In this document: positions 36,583 to 46,528 of the stretch, piece by piece
How the letters are laid out: the number at the start of each line of letters is the position of its first letter
Numbering within the stretch: the first letter of the stretch is position 1
From: Fibrobacteria bacterium
GTDB lineage: Bacteria > Fibrobacterota > Fibrobacteria > UBA11236
Assembly: GCA_025360005.1 (NCBI GenBank)
Contig: JANYDA010000001.1
Span: 87,144-151,143 of the forward strand
Direction: 5' to 3'
Length of the DNA stretch: 64,000 nucleotides
Notes under the pieces: model-generated
The model's database searches: none
What the model was told of the DNA's origin: nothing
The model's input: only the letters and a program-made list of their open reading frames with translations
Made by a program: the position numbers and the translations under genes

Positions 36583-39500
36583 TTAACGCGGCGTCTCCAG
36601 TAAGCCGCAGGTTTCCTCGAACACATCCTCCAAATGCGGAAACATGGCGGCGAGGTTTTCCGTCCGGCCCGATCCGGCTTCCCCTTCCATGGCTTCCAAC
36701 TGCCCGAACATGCCCCTGGCCCCGATGGTCCCGCAACCGCCCTTCATCTTATGCAAGGCTTTTCCCACCTGCCTCCAGCGGGAGGCGTCCAGATCCGCGC
36801 GGAGGGATTCCAAGGAAGTCCGCGTGGTATCCACGAACAGCCGGATCAGGCTCCGCACCATCTCGGAACCCCGGCTTGTCCCGTCGGTCAAGTTTTCCAA
36901 GCGCGCCCAATCCACCATGGATTGGGCGGCTCCGCCATTGCCATCGGATGGCATATCCGATGAGGATGGAGAACCGGGGAACGGCAGGGCATCCGCCTCC
37001 GTCTTGATCCATTTGCGGAGAATCTTGGCGATTTGCTCCAAGGTAAAAGGCTTGGAGATATAATCGTCCATGCCCTCGGCCAGGCAGCGTTCCCTGGCGC
37101 CGTTGACGGCATGCGCCGTCAGGGCGACGATGCGGGTACGCCGTCTTCCGCTTTCCTGCGCCCGCAGCCGCCGGGTGGTTTCGTAGCCGTCCATGACGGG
37201 CATTTGGCAGTCCATGAATACCAGATCATAAGGTCTGGCCAGGGCGGCGAAGAGCGCCGCGGAACCTTCCTGGACGGTTTCCACGTCGCACCCCATCCGC
37301 TTCAGCATGGCGGAAGCCACCGTAAGATTGACGGGGTGATCGTCCACCACCAGGATCCGGGGCGGGAAGGCCCAGTCCGGGGAGATGGAACCGGCGCCGG
37401 CCTTTTCCGGAACGGCAAGGCCTACCCCGTGCCAATCCGGGAGCGCGCAGCGGATGGCGTTGTATACGTCCGAACCGCGCCAAGGCTTGGCCAGGATCCC
37501 CGCCGCTCCCGCGCGGACGAGTCCGGCCCAGCGCGCCTGTGCGAAAAAAGGTAACGTACAAAGTACCGGTACTCCTGCGATACGGGCGCGGGACAGGATC
37601 CGCAGCGTCGCCTCGGATTCGGCCGCCTCCTGAGGCAGCGCCAGGATGGCCAGCGCAACGCCGGACTCCCCCGGAGCGTCCAGGTGGCGCAGCAATTCCT
37701 GGCCATCGGCCAATGCCCGGGTGGCGAAACCGAAGCGCGTCAGGATCGCTTGGGCCTGGGAAAGGGACTCCCCATGGGGTTCCACCATCAAGGCCAGCTG
37801 TTTTTCCCCGTCCCGATCGGCATCGTTCTCCCATCCGCCGCTTGTCCCGCTCTCCCCCAGCCTTACCGTGAACCGGAAACAGGTTTCCTCCCGCGGTTTG
37901 CTCTCCACCCAGATCCTTCCCCCCATCCGTTCGACCAGTTCCTTGCTGATGGCCAGACCGAGTCCGGTCCCGCCCGCCTTGCGCGCCAGCGTGGCGTCCC
38001 CTTGCCGGAAAGGCCGGAACAGGTTCTCCATGGCGGCGGGGGAAATCCCCGGTCCCCGATCGGCCACTTCAAAAAGTACTTCGCAAGCACCGCCGCTTTT
38101 CGCGAGCAGGCTGCTGCCGATGCGGATGGTTCCCCGATCGGAAAACTTCACGGCATTGCCCAGCAGGTTCATGAGTACCTGTTGCAGGCGCACGGGATCG
38201 CCGATCACGCGCGCGGGGATGGCCGGATCCGGCTTGACGGCGATTTCCATGCCTTTCTTCTGGGCCATTTCCAAGACCGACGTGAAGGCGCCTTCCACCA
38301 CCGCATCCAGGGAGAACTCGCTGGAATCCAGATCCATGCGGCCGCTTTCCAGCTTGGAGAAATCCAGCACCTGGTTGATGAGCGAAAGCAGATGGTCCCC
38401 GCTTTCCCTGCCGGCCCGCGCATAAGTCTGCTGTTCCGCGCTTAACTCCGTATCCGACAGCAAGGACATCATTCCCAATACCCCGTTCAAGGGGGTGCGG
38501 ATTTCATGGCTCATATGGGCCAGGAATTCCGACTTGGCATGATTGGCGGCTACGGCCTCCTTTTCCGCCGCGGCCAAGGCCGATTGCGTGGCTTTCTCAT
38601 GGGTCAAATCGATGGCGACGATGAGGTATCTTTCCGATTCGTCCACATGGGCCACGCCGCGATAAACCGGCACCGTCGAGCCGTCCTTCCTGCGGTAGCG
38701 GGTTTCCTGCGGATCCATTTTCCCGGTATTCCGGACGGAAACCTCCACTTCGGCATATTGCCGTTTCAGCTCCGGGACATGGAGCGATTCGGCGGTAACC
38801 TTTCCCGCTTCCAGTTCCTGCCGCGTATATCCGGTCAGATCCAAGTACGCATCATTGGCTTCCTCGAATACCCTGGACTTATTCATAACGGCCATGCCGA
38901 CGATGTTGGAATCGAACATGTTCTTGAAACGGGATTCCACCACCCGCAATTCCGCCTTGGTCCGTTTCAACTCGTTGGTATCCAGGACCATGCACAGGGC
39001 GTTCCCATTGCCTTCCATCTTGGTGGCGAAGAACAGAGTATTCAAGCGGGCGCCGTCCCGCAATTGCCATTCCCGATCGAAAGGCCCCATGCGTCCCGTT
39101 CGCTGGAACTGCCCGCGGCGCGCCTCCGCCCCGTCCGCGTACTCCGGAGTGGCCATGGCGGCGGTGTAGATCAATCCCGCCTCCAATTCGGGGCGGGTAT
39201 GCCGGATCATGGCGAGGAAGGTATCGTTCGCTTCGGTGACTTGCCCGCGCAGGTCGGTGACGAAAATACCTATCAGCGTGCTGGACAGGAGATCGCGGTA
39301 GCGCGAATCGCGCAAGCGCAATTCCCGCCGGGCGTGCTTCAATGGGCCTATGTCCATCACCATGCACAGGGCCCGGTCCGGTTCCTCCATCAGCGAAGCA
39401 TAGGCCAGGCTGCTGAATACCCTGCCGTCCCGCAAGGTCCAGTCCCGCTCGAAGGGGCCGATCTGCCCATCCAGCCGGAAACGCGCCGCGTTGGCCTGGG

Positions 39501-40662
39501 CCTGCCCCAGGCCTTCCGGAGTGGTCATGCTGTACATATCGATTTCGCCTTGGGCCAAATCCTCCCGGGTGTATCCCATCATGGCCAGGAAGGTTTCGTT
39601 CGCCTCCTGGACCTTGCCTTGCAAATCCGTAACGTAGATGCCGATCAATTTGCTGTTCCACAAGCAGCCGTAGCGCGATTCACGGCTGCGCAGGGCGGCT
39701 TCCGTGCGCCGCTGGCTTTGAATGAGGGCGGCCGGAACCAAGGAACAGAAGGCGGCGGCATATGGGAATACCTGCATGGAGACCAGCATCCCGGAACCCG
39801 GTTCCCCGCCCAAGGCGAAAGGCCCTTGGCCGCGGCTGGTGAACCAGGCCGTGATCACATAAACGCCCAGTTGCACCGTGGTCGCACCGCGCGCTCCGAA
39901 GCGCAGGGCCGCCCACACCAGGAAGGGAAAGGCGATGTACGGCATCGGCCTGCCCAATGCGGACCAGAGGACGGCAGGGCGGGCGAAAGTCACGTAGGCC
40001 ATGAACAAGGCTGCGGCGGTCCCGGCCGCGAACTCGGCGCTGGACCACTTCCTCCTTTCCCAACGGAAGCCGCCATGCAGCCAGGCCAGCATAACCGGCG
40101 TAGTCACCGCCAAGCCTGCCGCATGGGTTACCAGCCAATTCCCGCATTGACGGGCGATGCCGCCGCCGTAAAAGAGGGAAGCGGTGACCCCGCCGATGGC
40201 GGCGGAAACTCCCGCGCTGCCCAGGCAGACTATTGTGAAGAAGCGGATGGTACCCGGGAGGTTACCCAGAAAGGCGGAGCCCCCCGGAAGCCCTTTCACA
40301 AGGCGGAAGGCCGCGGCCACCTCCGCGATGTTGGCGAGGGTGAAACCCAGGCTGGGAAGCACGGTTTTGCCATGGAACAGATTGGCTGAGAAAAGCGCGA
40401 GCGCGCTCATGCCCAAGACGGCCCGGCGCCAGGGCGGCGGGCAGCGGAGCAATACCGCAAGGAGGAAACCGTTGCCGGGCCAGAAAACGGAAACGGAATC
40501 CGGACCCCGGGCGAATAACATGCTGGCGGCGATGAAGGCCAGGTAGAGGCCGGCCAGGCCGCCAATGGCCGCGATGTCTTTGAAAGCCTGCGATCCGCGC
40601 CCCTGACCCGTTTGCTTGGCTATTGCCGGATCCGTTCCATCTTCATTGATAGGCTTATCCAT
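36583..40662 (-). CDS. Hybrid sensor histidine kinase: MASE1 membrane sensor + four PAS + HisKA/HATPase + two receiver domains + C-terminal Hpt
   Basis: 1359 aa. Polytopic N-terminus (MASE1-like). Four PAS-like repeats (…LIGIYVTDLQGKVQEANETFLAMMGYTREDL… and similar). H-box AHMSHEIRTPLNG. HATPase G-boxes. DDHPVNL… and …VDDHPVNLTVASAMLKRMGCDVETVQEG…FMDCQMPVMDGYE receiver domains. Terminal Hpt with HKMKGGCGTIGA. Confidence 0.9.
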   Translation of the reverse strand: MDKPINEDGTDPAIAKQTGQGRGSQAFKDIAAIGGLAGLYLAFIAASMLFARGPDSVSVFWPGNGFLLAVLLRCPPPWRRAVLGMSALALFSANLFHGKTVLPSLGFTLANIAEVAAAFRLVKGLPGGSAFLGNLPGTIRFFTIVCLGSAGVSAAIGGVTASLFYGGGIARQCGNWLVTHAAGLAVTTPVMLAWLHGGFRWERRKWSSAEFAAGTAAALFMAYVTFARPAVLWSALGRPMPYIAFPFLVWAALRFGARGATTVQLGVYVITAWFTSRGQGPFALGGEPGSGMLVSMQVFPYAAAFCSLVPAALIQSQRRTEAALRSRESRYGCLWNSKLIGIYVTDLQGKVQEANETFLAMMGYTREDLAQGEIDMYSMTTPEGLGQAQANAARFRLDGQIGPFERDWTLRDGRVFSSLAYASLMEEPDRALCMVMDIGPLKHARRELRLRDSRYRDLLSSTLIGIFVTDLRGQVTEANDTFLAMIRHTRPELEAGLIYTAAMATPEYADGAEARRGQFQRTGRMGPFDREWQLRDGARLNTLFFATKMEGNGNALCMVLDTNELKRTKAELRVVESRFKNMFDSNIVGMAVMNKSRVFEEANDAYLDLTGYTRQELEAGKVTAESLHVPELKRQYAEVEVSVRNTGKMDPQETRYRRKDGSTVPVYRGVAHVDESERYLIVAIDLTHEKATQSALAAAEKEAVAANHAKSEFLAHMSHEIRTPLNGVLGMMSLLSDTELSAEQQTYARAGRESGDHLLSLINQVLDFSKLESGRMDLDSSEFSLDAVVEGAFTSVLEMAQKKGMEIAVKPDPAIPARVIGDPVRLQQVLMNLLGNAVKFSDRGTIRIGSSLLAKSGGACEVLFEVADRGPGISPAAMENLFRPFRQGDATLARKAGGTGLGLAISKELVERMGGRIWVESKPREETCFRFTVRLGESGTSGGWENDADRDGEKQLALMVEPHGESLSQAQAILTRFGFATRALADGQELLRHLDAPGESGVALAILALPQEAAESEATLRILSRARIAGVPVLCTLPFFAQARWAGLVRAGAAGILAKPWRGSDVYNAIRCALPDWHGVGLAVPEKAGAGSISPDWAFPPRILVVDDHPVNLTVASAMLKRMGCDVETVQEGSAALFAALARPYDLVFMDCQMPVMDGYETTRRLRAQESGRRRTRIVALTAHAVNGARERCLAEGMDDYISKPFTLEQIAKILRKWIKTEADALPFPGSPSSSDMPSDGNGGAAQSMVDWARLENLTDGTSRGSEMVRSLIRLFVDTTRTSLESLRADLDASRWRQVGKALHKMKGGCGTIGARGMFGQLEAMEGEAGSGRTENLAAMFPHLEDVFEETCGLLETPR

Positions 40663-40853
40663 GCTTGCGATATTATCGCATTCCCACCCCTATTGGGACC
40701 GTGCTAAACCCGGCGCGGGAGTACCGCGGGCCTGCGAAAGGCCAGAATCACGGGAAATAGCCAACTGGTCCCAGCCCCGGAGAAACAGCTCGATTTACAT
40801 ATTAGCTATAAGCCCACGCGTACGATAACGGCAGTCCAGGAGGCGACGATACC

Positions 40854-41669
40854 ATGAAAGCCAATCAACCGATGTCGAAGGCTTGCTTCGCGATCCTCGC
40901 GCTGGCCTGCATAGCCTGGTGCCAGGCCCCCGGGTGTTCCGACGACTTCTCCAATCCGGATGTCGGCGGCGGCAAGACCTGGAAATTCGTGGACGCGGAC
41001 AGTTCCGTTTCCGGCGCCGCAACCGTTGCCGGCGGCATGTTGGATCTTTCGGGACGGGGCGCGGATATCTACGGCAAGAGGAACCAATTCGTCGCGGTCG
41101 ATCGGCAGGATGTCAAAGGCGATTTCGATGTCTCAGTGAAAATCACCTCCCAGACCAACAGCAACGGCTGGGCCCAAGCGGGCATATTGATCGCGAACAA
41201 TACCGAGAAGCTTGCCGAGGGGGGCTATTTCGTACTCGACGTTTCCCCCGCCAACGGCCAGAACGTTTTCTACGATGCCAAGGACAGCCTGGGCCAATTG
41301 GAAAGCCGCGTCGGCACCGTGGGCAAGACGGCCTATCCGGTCTGGCTGCGCGTCAAAAAATCGAACAAGAAATTTTCCGCCTGGTACAAAAATGCCGAAG
41401 CGGACGCCTGGAAGGTGGTTGCGGAAAACATCGCCCCGCAAGGCACGCTGGCCGATTCGCATATCGCCCTTATCAGCGTGAGCCATAATGTCGATATGGA
41501 TGCCCACACTCTTTTCGACGACTTCACCTGCCTTAACGGCACGGCTACGGGTTTGCGGGCTTACCCGCCTCTCCCCGAGTCTGTTCGGAGCCCCATGAAA
41601 GAGGCCGTGAACGCCCTGGGCCGAAGCGCGCCGGAGGCAACCGGCTTCCTGTGGAAGCGCAAAGGTTAA
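40854..41669 (+). CDS. Secreted lipoprotein with DUF1349-like (concanavalin-A-like) domain
   Basis: Signal peptide with Cys. …LDLSGRGADIYGKRNQFVAVDRQDVKGDFDVSVKITSQ…NGWAQAGILIAN…WLRVKKSNKKFSAWYKN… resembles the DUF1349/GH43-associated beta-sandwich. Confidence 0.6.
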   Translation: MKANQPMSKACFAILALACIAWCQAPGCSDDFSNPDVGGGKTWKFVDADSSVSGAATVAGGMLDLSGRGADIYGKRNQFVAVDRQDVKGDFDVSVKITSQTNSNGWAQAGILIANNTEKLAEGGYFVLDVSPANGQNVFYDAKDSLGQLESRVGTVGKTAYPVWLRVKKSNKKFSAWYKNAEADAWKVVAENIAPQGTLADSHIALISVSHNVDMDAHTLFDDFTCLNGTATGLRAYPPLPESVRSPMKEAVNALGRSAPEATGFLWKRKG

Positions 41670-42491
41670 ACGGGTATGGCTTGATCAGCGCGACGCCGTT
41701 CGGTCCTGCAACCGCTTTGCCTGATCCAGATGCGCAGCAACATGCACCCGCAGTTCGGCCCAGCGCTTTTTGACGGCATCGTTAACGGCATTGGGAACCA
41801 ACTGCGAATCGATGGTCTCCAGCGCTTTGGCATGGCCTTTTGCCATTGCGTCTATATAGGCATGCTCGAAGTCCTTGCCATCCAAGGAGGAAAGAGCCGC
41901 CAATTCCCCTGCGCCATCGCTGCGGAGTTGATCGACGCTTTCATTCGCCGCAAGAGCCACTTTCAATTTTTTAGCCAGCCTTTCGGTCTGGGCGGCATCC
42001 GCCGTATGTTGATCCAGGAGCATACCGGCATAAGCGGTCGCCTCGGGCCCCATCATCTTTTTTCCAGCCACGTTGGCCGCGGCCACCTCATTGCCGTCCA
42101 ACGTCAGGACCCACGCCAGGATTTGCGCGTCCGTGAATTTCTCGATCTGCGCGGGGGGCACGACCGTATCCGGAACCATGCCCGCGGCTGAGCCGGAGGG
42201 AGCTTGGGCTATGGAAGGGGGGGGCGGCAAAGACCGCGGCGGTGACGCAGGTCTGTCCTCAACAAACCTATTCGCCCGGGGGAGAACAAGCGCAATTGCG
42301 GGGTTTTCGTTTTTTTGGGGTGGAATCCAATCCGCGCAAGCCGGATGGTTCAAAAGGGCCCTTCCCCCTCGCATCGGCTTAAGCCTCTTGGGAAACTTTG
42401 CTGCGTTTTTTGCACCGCTTTGTCGGAATCGCATCCACGACGCGACCCCGGCTGGCCCTCCTACTGATACCATCAGGGAACGGAGTCCGGT

Positions 42492-43910
42492 ATGGGTATG
42501 AAAATGGGCGCGACACGAACCTTGATTTTGTTGGCGTTGGGAATGATCCGCGCGGCGACGGCGCGGGATTTCGTCCATCCGGGAGGCTTGCTGACGCAAC
42601 CGGATATCGATCGCATCAAGTCCTCCATCGCCGCGAAAACGGAACCCTATTCCCGCGCTTGGACGGCCTTCAATCAACGCGCGCCTTCCACGGGCCGGCA
42701 GCCCAGACCTTATGCCGTGCTTACCGATGCCGGCAATTCCGCCTCCGTGTATGCGATGCAGAACGATGGCCATGATACGTATGCGCTCGCGGTGTACTGG
42801 GCGCTTACCGGCAACGATGCGTACGCCGCCGCCGCGGTCAGGATGATCATGGGATGGGCCGCCGTCCTGGACGCGAAAAGCGGCACTCCCGTCGCCACCA
42901 TGAGGACCGGCATCGGCATCAACCAGATGATCAATGCGGCGGAACTGCTGCGCCATGCCAACGGAGGATATGCGGGATATACGGCGTCCGATATCGCCGC
43001 CACGGAAAGGATGTTGCGGATAGCCGTCTATCCGATCCTGCACTCCGCGTGGGGGAATGTTCCCGCCGCTTGCGGACCGCCCGGAGCGTGCCAGCTTCCC
43101 TATGGCGACGGCAATTGGGGGACCGCGGCATTGGCCGGCTTGATGGCCGGCGCGGTTTTTCTGGGTGATTCCGCCTGGTTCCAGGAGGCGGTGGAGGTAT
43201 ACAGGCATGGCAAGTGCCCTTCCGTGAACCGCTACATCCTTGCCGACGGCGTCTTTACCGGCGAAACCGCCGAGAGCGGCCGGGACCAAGGACATCCGCA
43301 ATTCGCCGTGGGCAATCTTCTCCAGATCGCGGAGATGGCTTGGAACCAGAACCTGGATCTGTACGGCGAAAGCGACAACCTGCTGTTGAAGGGCGTTGAG
43401 TATCTGGCCAAATACGGACTCGGAAATACCGTCCCCTATACGATCTTCGGTACCTGCCATGTTACCTACCCTTCCATCTCCTCCCAAAACCGGGGGGTTT
43501 GGTATCCCATCTATGAATTGGCCTGGAACCATTACCACAACCGCCGCGGGCTGGCAGTTCCTTACGCCGAGCAGGTGCGCTCGAAATACGCTCCGGAAGC
43601 TTCCGTCACCGACCAATTCGGGTTCGGCACCCTGTTATATACGCGTTCCTTTTCCCCGCAAGCGCCCCAAAGCATTGCGCGGCGATACGGCGGCATCCCG
43701 CTGTCGTCTCCGGAAGCATCGGCCCTTTCCTTTACGGATGCCGTAGGGAGGACCGTGATCCTGGCGCGAAGCGGAGCGTCGTATGCGCCGGATCGATCGG
43801 CCGCAGGGCCGATCTTTCCGTTACCGGCAACGCAGTCGAAAGCAAAACCCGGCCGGGGTAACGTCGGCGCTGCGCCCCAGGCAGCGGTAATTGACTCCAC
43901 CCGCCGCTAG
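42492..43910 (+). CDS. Alginate-lyase-family (PF05426-like) polysaccharide lyase, secreted; paralogue A
   Basis: Signal peptide; FVHPGGLLTQPDIDRIK…; GRDQGHPQFAVGNLLQIAEMAWNQNLDLYG…LLKGVEYLAKY. Paralogous to 53657-54928. The 643-aa antisense ORF 41685-43616 is a shadow ORF. Confidence 0.65.
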   Translation: MGMKMGATRTLILLALGMIRAATARDFVHPGGLLTQPDIDRIKSSIAAKTEPYSRAWTAFNQRAPSTGRQPRPYAVLTDAGNSASVYAMQNDGHDTYALAVYWALTGNDAYAAAAVRMIMGWAAVLDAKSGTPVATMRTGIGINQMINAAELLRHANGGYAGYTASDIAATERMLRIAVYPILHSAWGNVPAACGPPGACQLPYGDGNWGTAALAGLMAGAVFLGDSAWFQEAVEVYRHGKCPSVNRYILADGVFTGETAESGRDQGHPQFAVGNLLQIAEMAWNQNLDLYGESDNLLLKGVEYLAKYGLGNTVPYTIFGTCHVTYPSISSQNRGVWYPIYELAWNHYHNRRGLAVPYAEQVRSKYAPEASVTDQFGFGTLLYTRSFSPQAPQSIARRYGGIPLSSPEASALSFTDAVGRTVILARSGASYAPDRSAAGPIFPLPATQSKAKPGRGNVGAAPQAAVIDSTRR

Positions 43911-44020
43911 GCCGCATGCGATTGCCGGACCGACCGCATCTTGGATAACATCGGCCTGCCTGGGTGGAACCCGGAGGACGGGAATAGCACCGCCGATCCG
44001 GCCAAGAAGGATATTTCAGA

Positions 44021-46528
44021 ATGAGAAAATGGGTCCTGCTTATTCCGGCTGCCATCATCGCAAGCCGCGCGGAGGCCGCGCAGAAGGCGGGCGATTGGGA
44101 AACGCTGAAGCTGAGCTACTCGCAGCCTTCCTCGCCCAACGATTTCGGCGGCGTTCTCCCCATCGGCAACGGGAGGTTGGGAGCGAAGGTTTTCGGCGAT
44201 CCGGCCAACGAGCATTTGGATTTGAACGATGCCACTTTATGGGCCGGGGAACCGCATCCATCGGGCACCTCCCAGGACCGCCAAAAGCTCCTTGCTCTCC
44301 GCGCGGCGCTGGAGGCCCGTGATTTCGGGAACGCCAACGGCCTGGGAGGCCAGATGGGCCAAGGGAACAACTGGGCCTACCAACCTTTGGGAAGCCTGGA
44401 TCTCCAGGTGGACGGAACCGCCGGGTATTCCGGCTACAAGCGGGAGCTTGATCTGGACCGCGCCTTGATCACCGTAAGCTACACGGCCGGAGGGACCCTC
44501 TTTACCAGGCAAACCTTCGCAAGTTATCCCGACCAGGTTATCGTGATGCGGATATTCGGCAACCGCCCCGGAAAGGTGGGATTCACCGCCAAGCTGGCCA
44601 CGCAGTTGCAGGGGAAATACGCTTTGGACGGCGGCAATACGATGGTAGCGACGGGCCGGGCCCCCTACTATAACCGGGGCGGAACGGGGGGAACCGCGCA
44701 GTGGTCGCAGACGCGCGGCATGGGGTTCGAGTCCAGGTTGCGGATAGAGAACATGGGCGGCGCGATTTCACCGAATAGCGGGGGACTCCGCGTGGCCGGC
44801 GCCGATACCGCCGTGCTGATCTTTTCCGCCGCCACCAGTTTTAATGGTGTGGACAAGGATCCGGCGACGCAGGGAACGGATCCATCGCCCATCGCAATGA
44901 GGGCCCTGGACGCCGCTGCGGGCAAAAGCTATGACCAATTGCTGGCCGCCCACTTGTCGGATTGGCGGGACTTGTTCCGCAGGGTCTGGGTGGATATCAA
45001 CGGGGAAAAGCCCAACCGCTATGCCATGGCGTTCCAATGCTCCCGCTATAGCCTCATGTCCTGTTCGCGTCCCGGGCATGCCGCTCCCCGGAATGAGCAA
45101 GGGATCTGGAACCGGGATCTCCATCCCGCCTACGATGCCAATTATACCCTGAACGAAAATCCCGAGAAATTCTACTCCCTGGCCGAACCGGCCAACATCC
45201 CGGAGACCACGGAGCCTTTGCTGGCCTTCATAGCCAACCTGGCCCGCAACGGAGCGGCCACCGCCAAAGACGTTTACGGATCCAGGGGCTGGGTGGCGCA
45301 CCATAGATCCGATGTGTGGGCCATGACCGCTATCGCGGATGGCCCTTCGGACGCTTGCGTTTGGCCTGTGGGCGGCATCTGGCTTTGCCAACATCTGTGG
45401 GAGCATTTCGCTTTCGGTCTGGATACCGCCTATTTACGGGATTCGGCTTTCCCCTTGATGAAAGGCGCGGCCCTATTCGCTCTGGATCTGTTGGTCGATG
45501 ATCACAAGGGGCATCTGGTCACTTCCCCATCGATCTCTCCGGAGAACGGCTTCAAGAATCCCGTGGGCGGAGGCCGGGTCGCGCTGAGCCGGGGATCGAC
45601 GATGGATCTCGCTTTGATCCGCGAGCTGTTCGGCAATTGCCTCAAAGCCATGGATATCATCGGGGATGACCCCGCCCTGCGGAGCGAAATCCAAACCGCG
45701 CTCCCCAAGCTCCTCCCCTACGCAATCGGCAGCCAGGGCCAATTGCAGGAATGGTCGGAAGACTTCCAGGAAACCGAACCTACCCATCGCCATGCCTCCC
45801 ATTTGATCACGGTCTGGCCTCTGTCGCAAATAACCAAGCGGGCAACGCCGGATTTGTTCGCGGCGGCGCGCAAATCCCTGGAGTTGCGCGGCTCGGGAGG
45901 GTTCCACCCCGACAAAGCCGGCATGTGGGCGCGGCTCCAGGACGGCGATCGCGCCGCGGCCGCGTATGGCACCAATTGGCCTGCCCTGTACGAACAGCCT
46001 CCCGGAGCCATCGCGGAGATGCTGTTGCAAAGCCATACCGCGGACTTGGATCTGCTCCCGGCCTTGCCTTCCACCTGGGCGAGCGGAAGGGCGATGGGCC
46101 TGCGGGCCCGGGGAGGATTCGAGGTCGACATCGAATGGAATGCCGGACATCTTACGCGGGCGGCCATCCGATCCGCTTCCGGCCGCGCCCCCCAAGTGCG
46201 CATCCAAGGCGCCGTCGTCACGCTCCCCGATCCGCGCATCGCGATAACCACGGCCACTCCCGTGCGCGCGCCCGGCACAGGGGATCCTTCCGGATTCACG
46301 ATGGTAACTTTGTCCGACGGATACCGCATGGTGAATCCCTTTCCAGGTCCCTACCGGGCTTTGATCCTGGATAGCCGGGGAAAGCAAGTCAAACGGTTTT
46401 CCGGAAAGGGTCCGGCGATGTATTACTTTTCCAAAAGAGACATGCATCCAGGCGCCTACCTGCTCACTTATGAACTCGGGGACGGGAAGATCCGCGGCGC
46501 GCGGATACTACCCGTGGTTTTACCGTGA
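44021..46528 (+). CDS. Glycoside hydrolase family 95 (alpha-L-fucosidase-type) with C-terminal sorting-domain-like tail
   Basis: N-terminal GH95 signature …[33 protein letters not shown]…; 835 aa; signal peptide; ~80-aa beta-sandwich-like tail. Confidence 0.75.
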   Translation: MRKWVLLIPAAIIASRAEAAQKAGDWETLKLSYSQPSSPNDFGGVLPIGNGRLGAKVFGDPANEHLDLNDATLWAGEPHPSGTSQDRQKLLALRAALEARDFGNANGLGGQMGQGNNWAYQPLGSLDLQVDGTAGYSGYKRELDLDRALITVSYTAGGTLFTRQTFASYPDQVIVMRIFGNRPGKVGFTAKLATQLQGKYALDGGNTMVATGRAPYYNRGGTGGTAQWSQTRGMGFESRLRIENMGGAISPNSGGLRVAGADTAVLIFSAATSFNGVDKDPATQGTDPSPIAMRALDAAAGKSYDQLLAAHLSDWRDLFRRVWVDINGEKPNRYAMAFQCSRYSLMSCSRPGHAAPRNEQGIWNRDLHPAYDANYTLNENPEKFYSLAEPANIPETTEPLLAFIANLARNGAATAKDVYGSRGWVAHHRSDVWAMTAIADGPSDACVWPVGGIWLCQHLWEHFAFGLDTAYLRDSAFPLMKGAALFALDLLVDDHKGHLVTSPSISPENGFKNPVGGGRVALSRGSTMDLALIRELFGNCLKAMDIIGDDPALRSEIQTALPKLLPYAIGSQGQLQEWSEDFQETEPTHRHASHLITVWPLSQITKRATPDLFAAARKSLELRGSGGFHPDKAGMWARLQDGDRAAAAYGTNWPALYEQPPGAIAEMLLQSHTADLDLLPALPSTWASGRAMGLRARGGFEVDIEWNAGHLTRAAIRSASGRAPQVRIQGAVVTLPDPRIAITTATPVRAPGTGDPSGFTMVTLSDGYRMVNPFPGPYRALILDSRGKQVKRFSGKGPAMYYFSKRDMHPGAYLLTYELGDGKIRGARILPVVLP

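Noticed and set aside
38506-40389. 627-aa plus-strand ORF
   Set aside because: Antisense to the 1359-aa hybrid kinase, which carries unmistakable PAS/HK/REC/Hpt motifs. Composition is Gly/Arg/Pro/His-rich with no domain.
41685-43616. 643-aa minus-strand ORF
   Set aside because: It lies entirely antisense to the alginate-lyase-family gene (42492-43910), whose product has clear family motifs. The antisense translation is Gly/Arg/Pro-rich low-complexity, typical of shadow ORFs in high-GC DNA.
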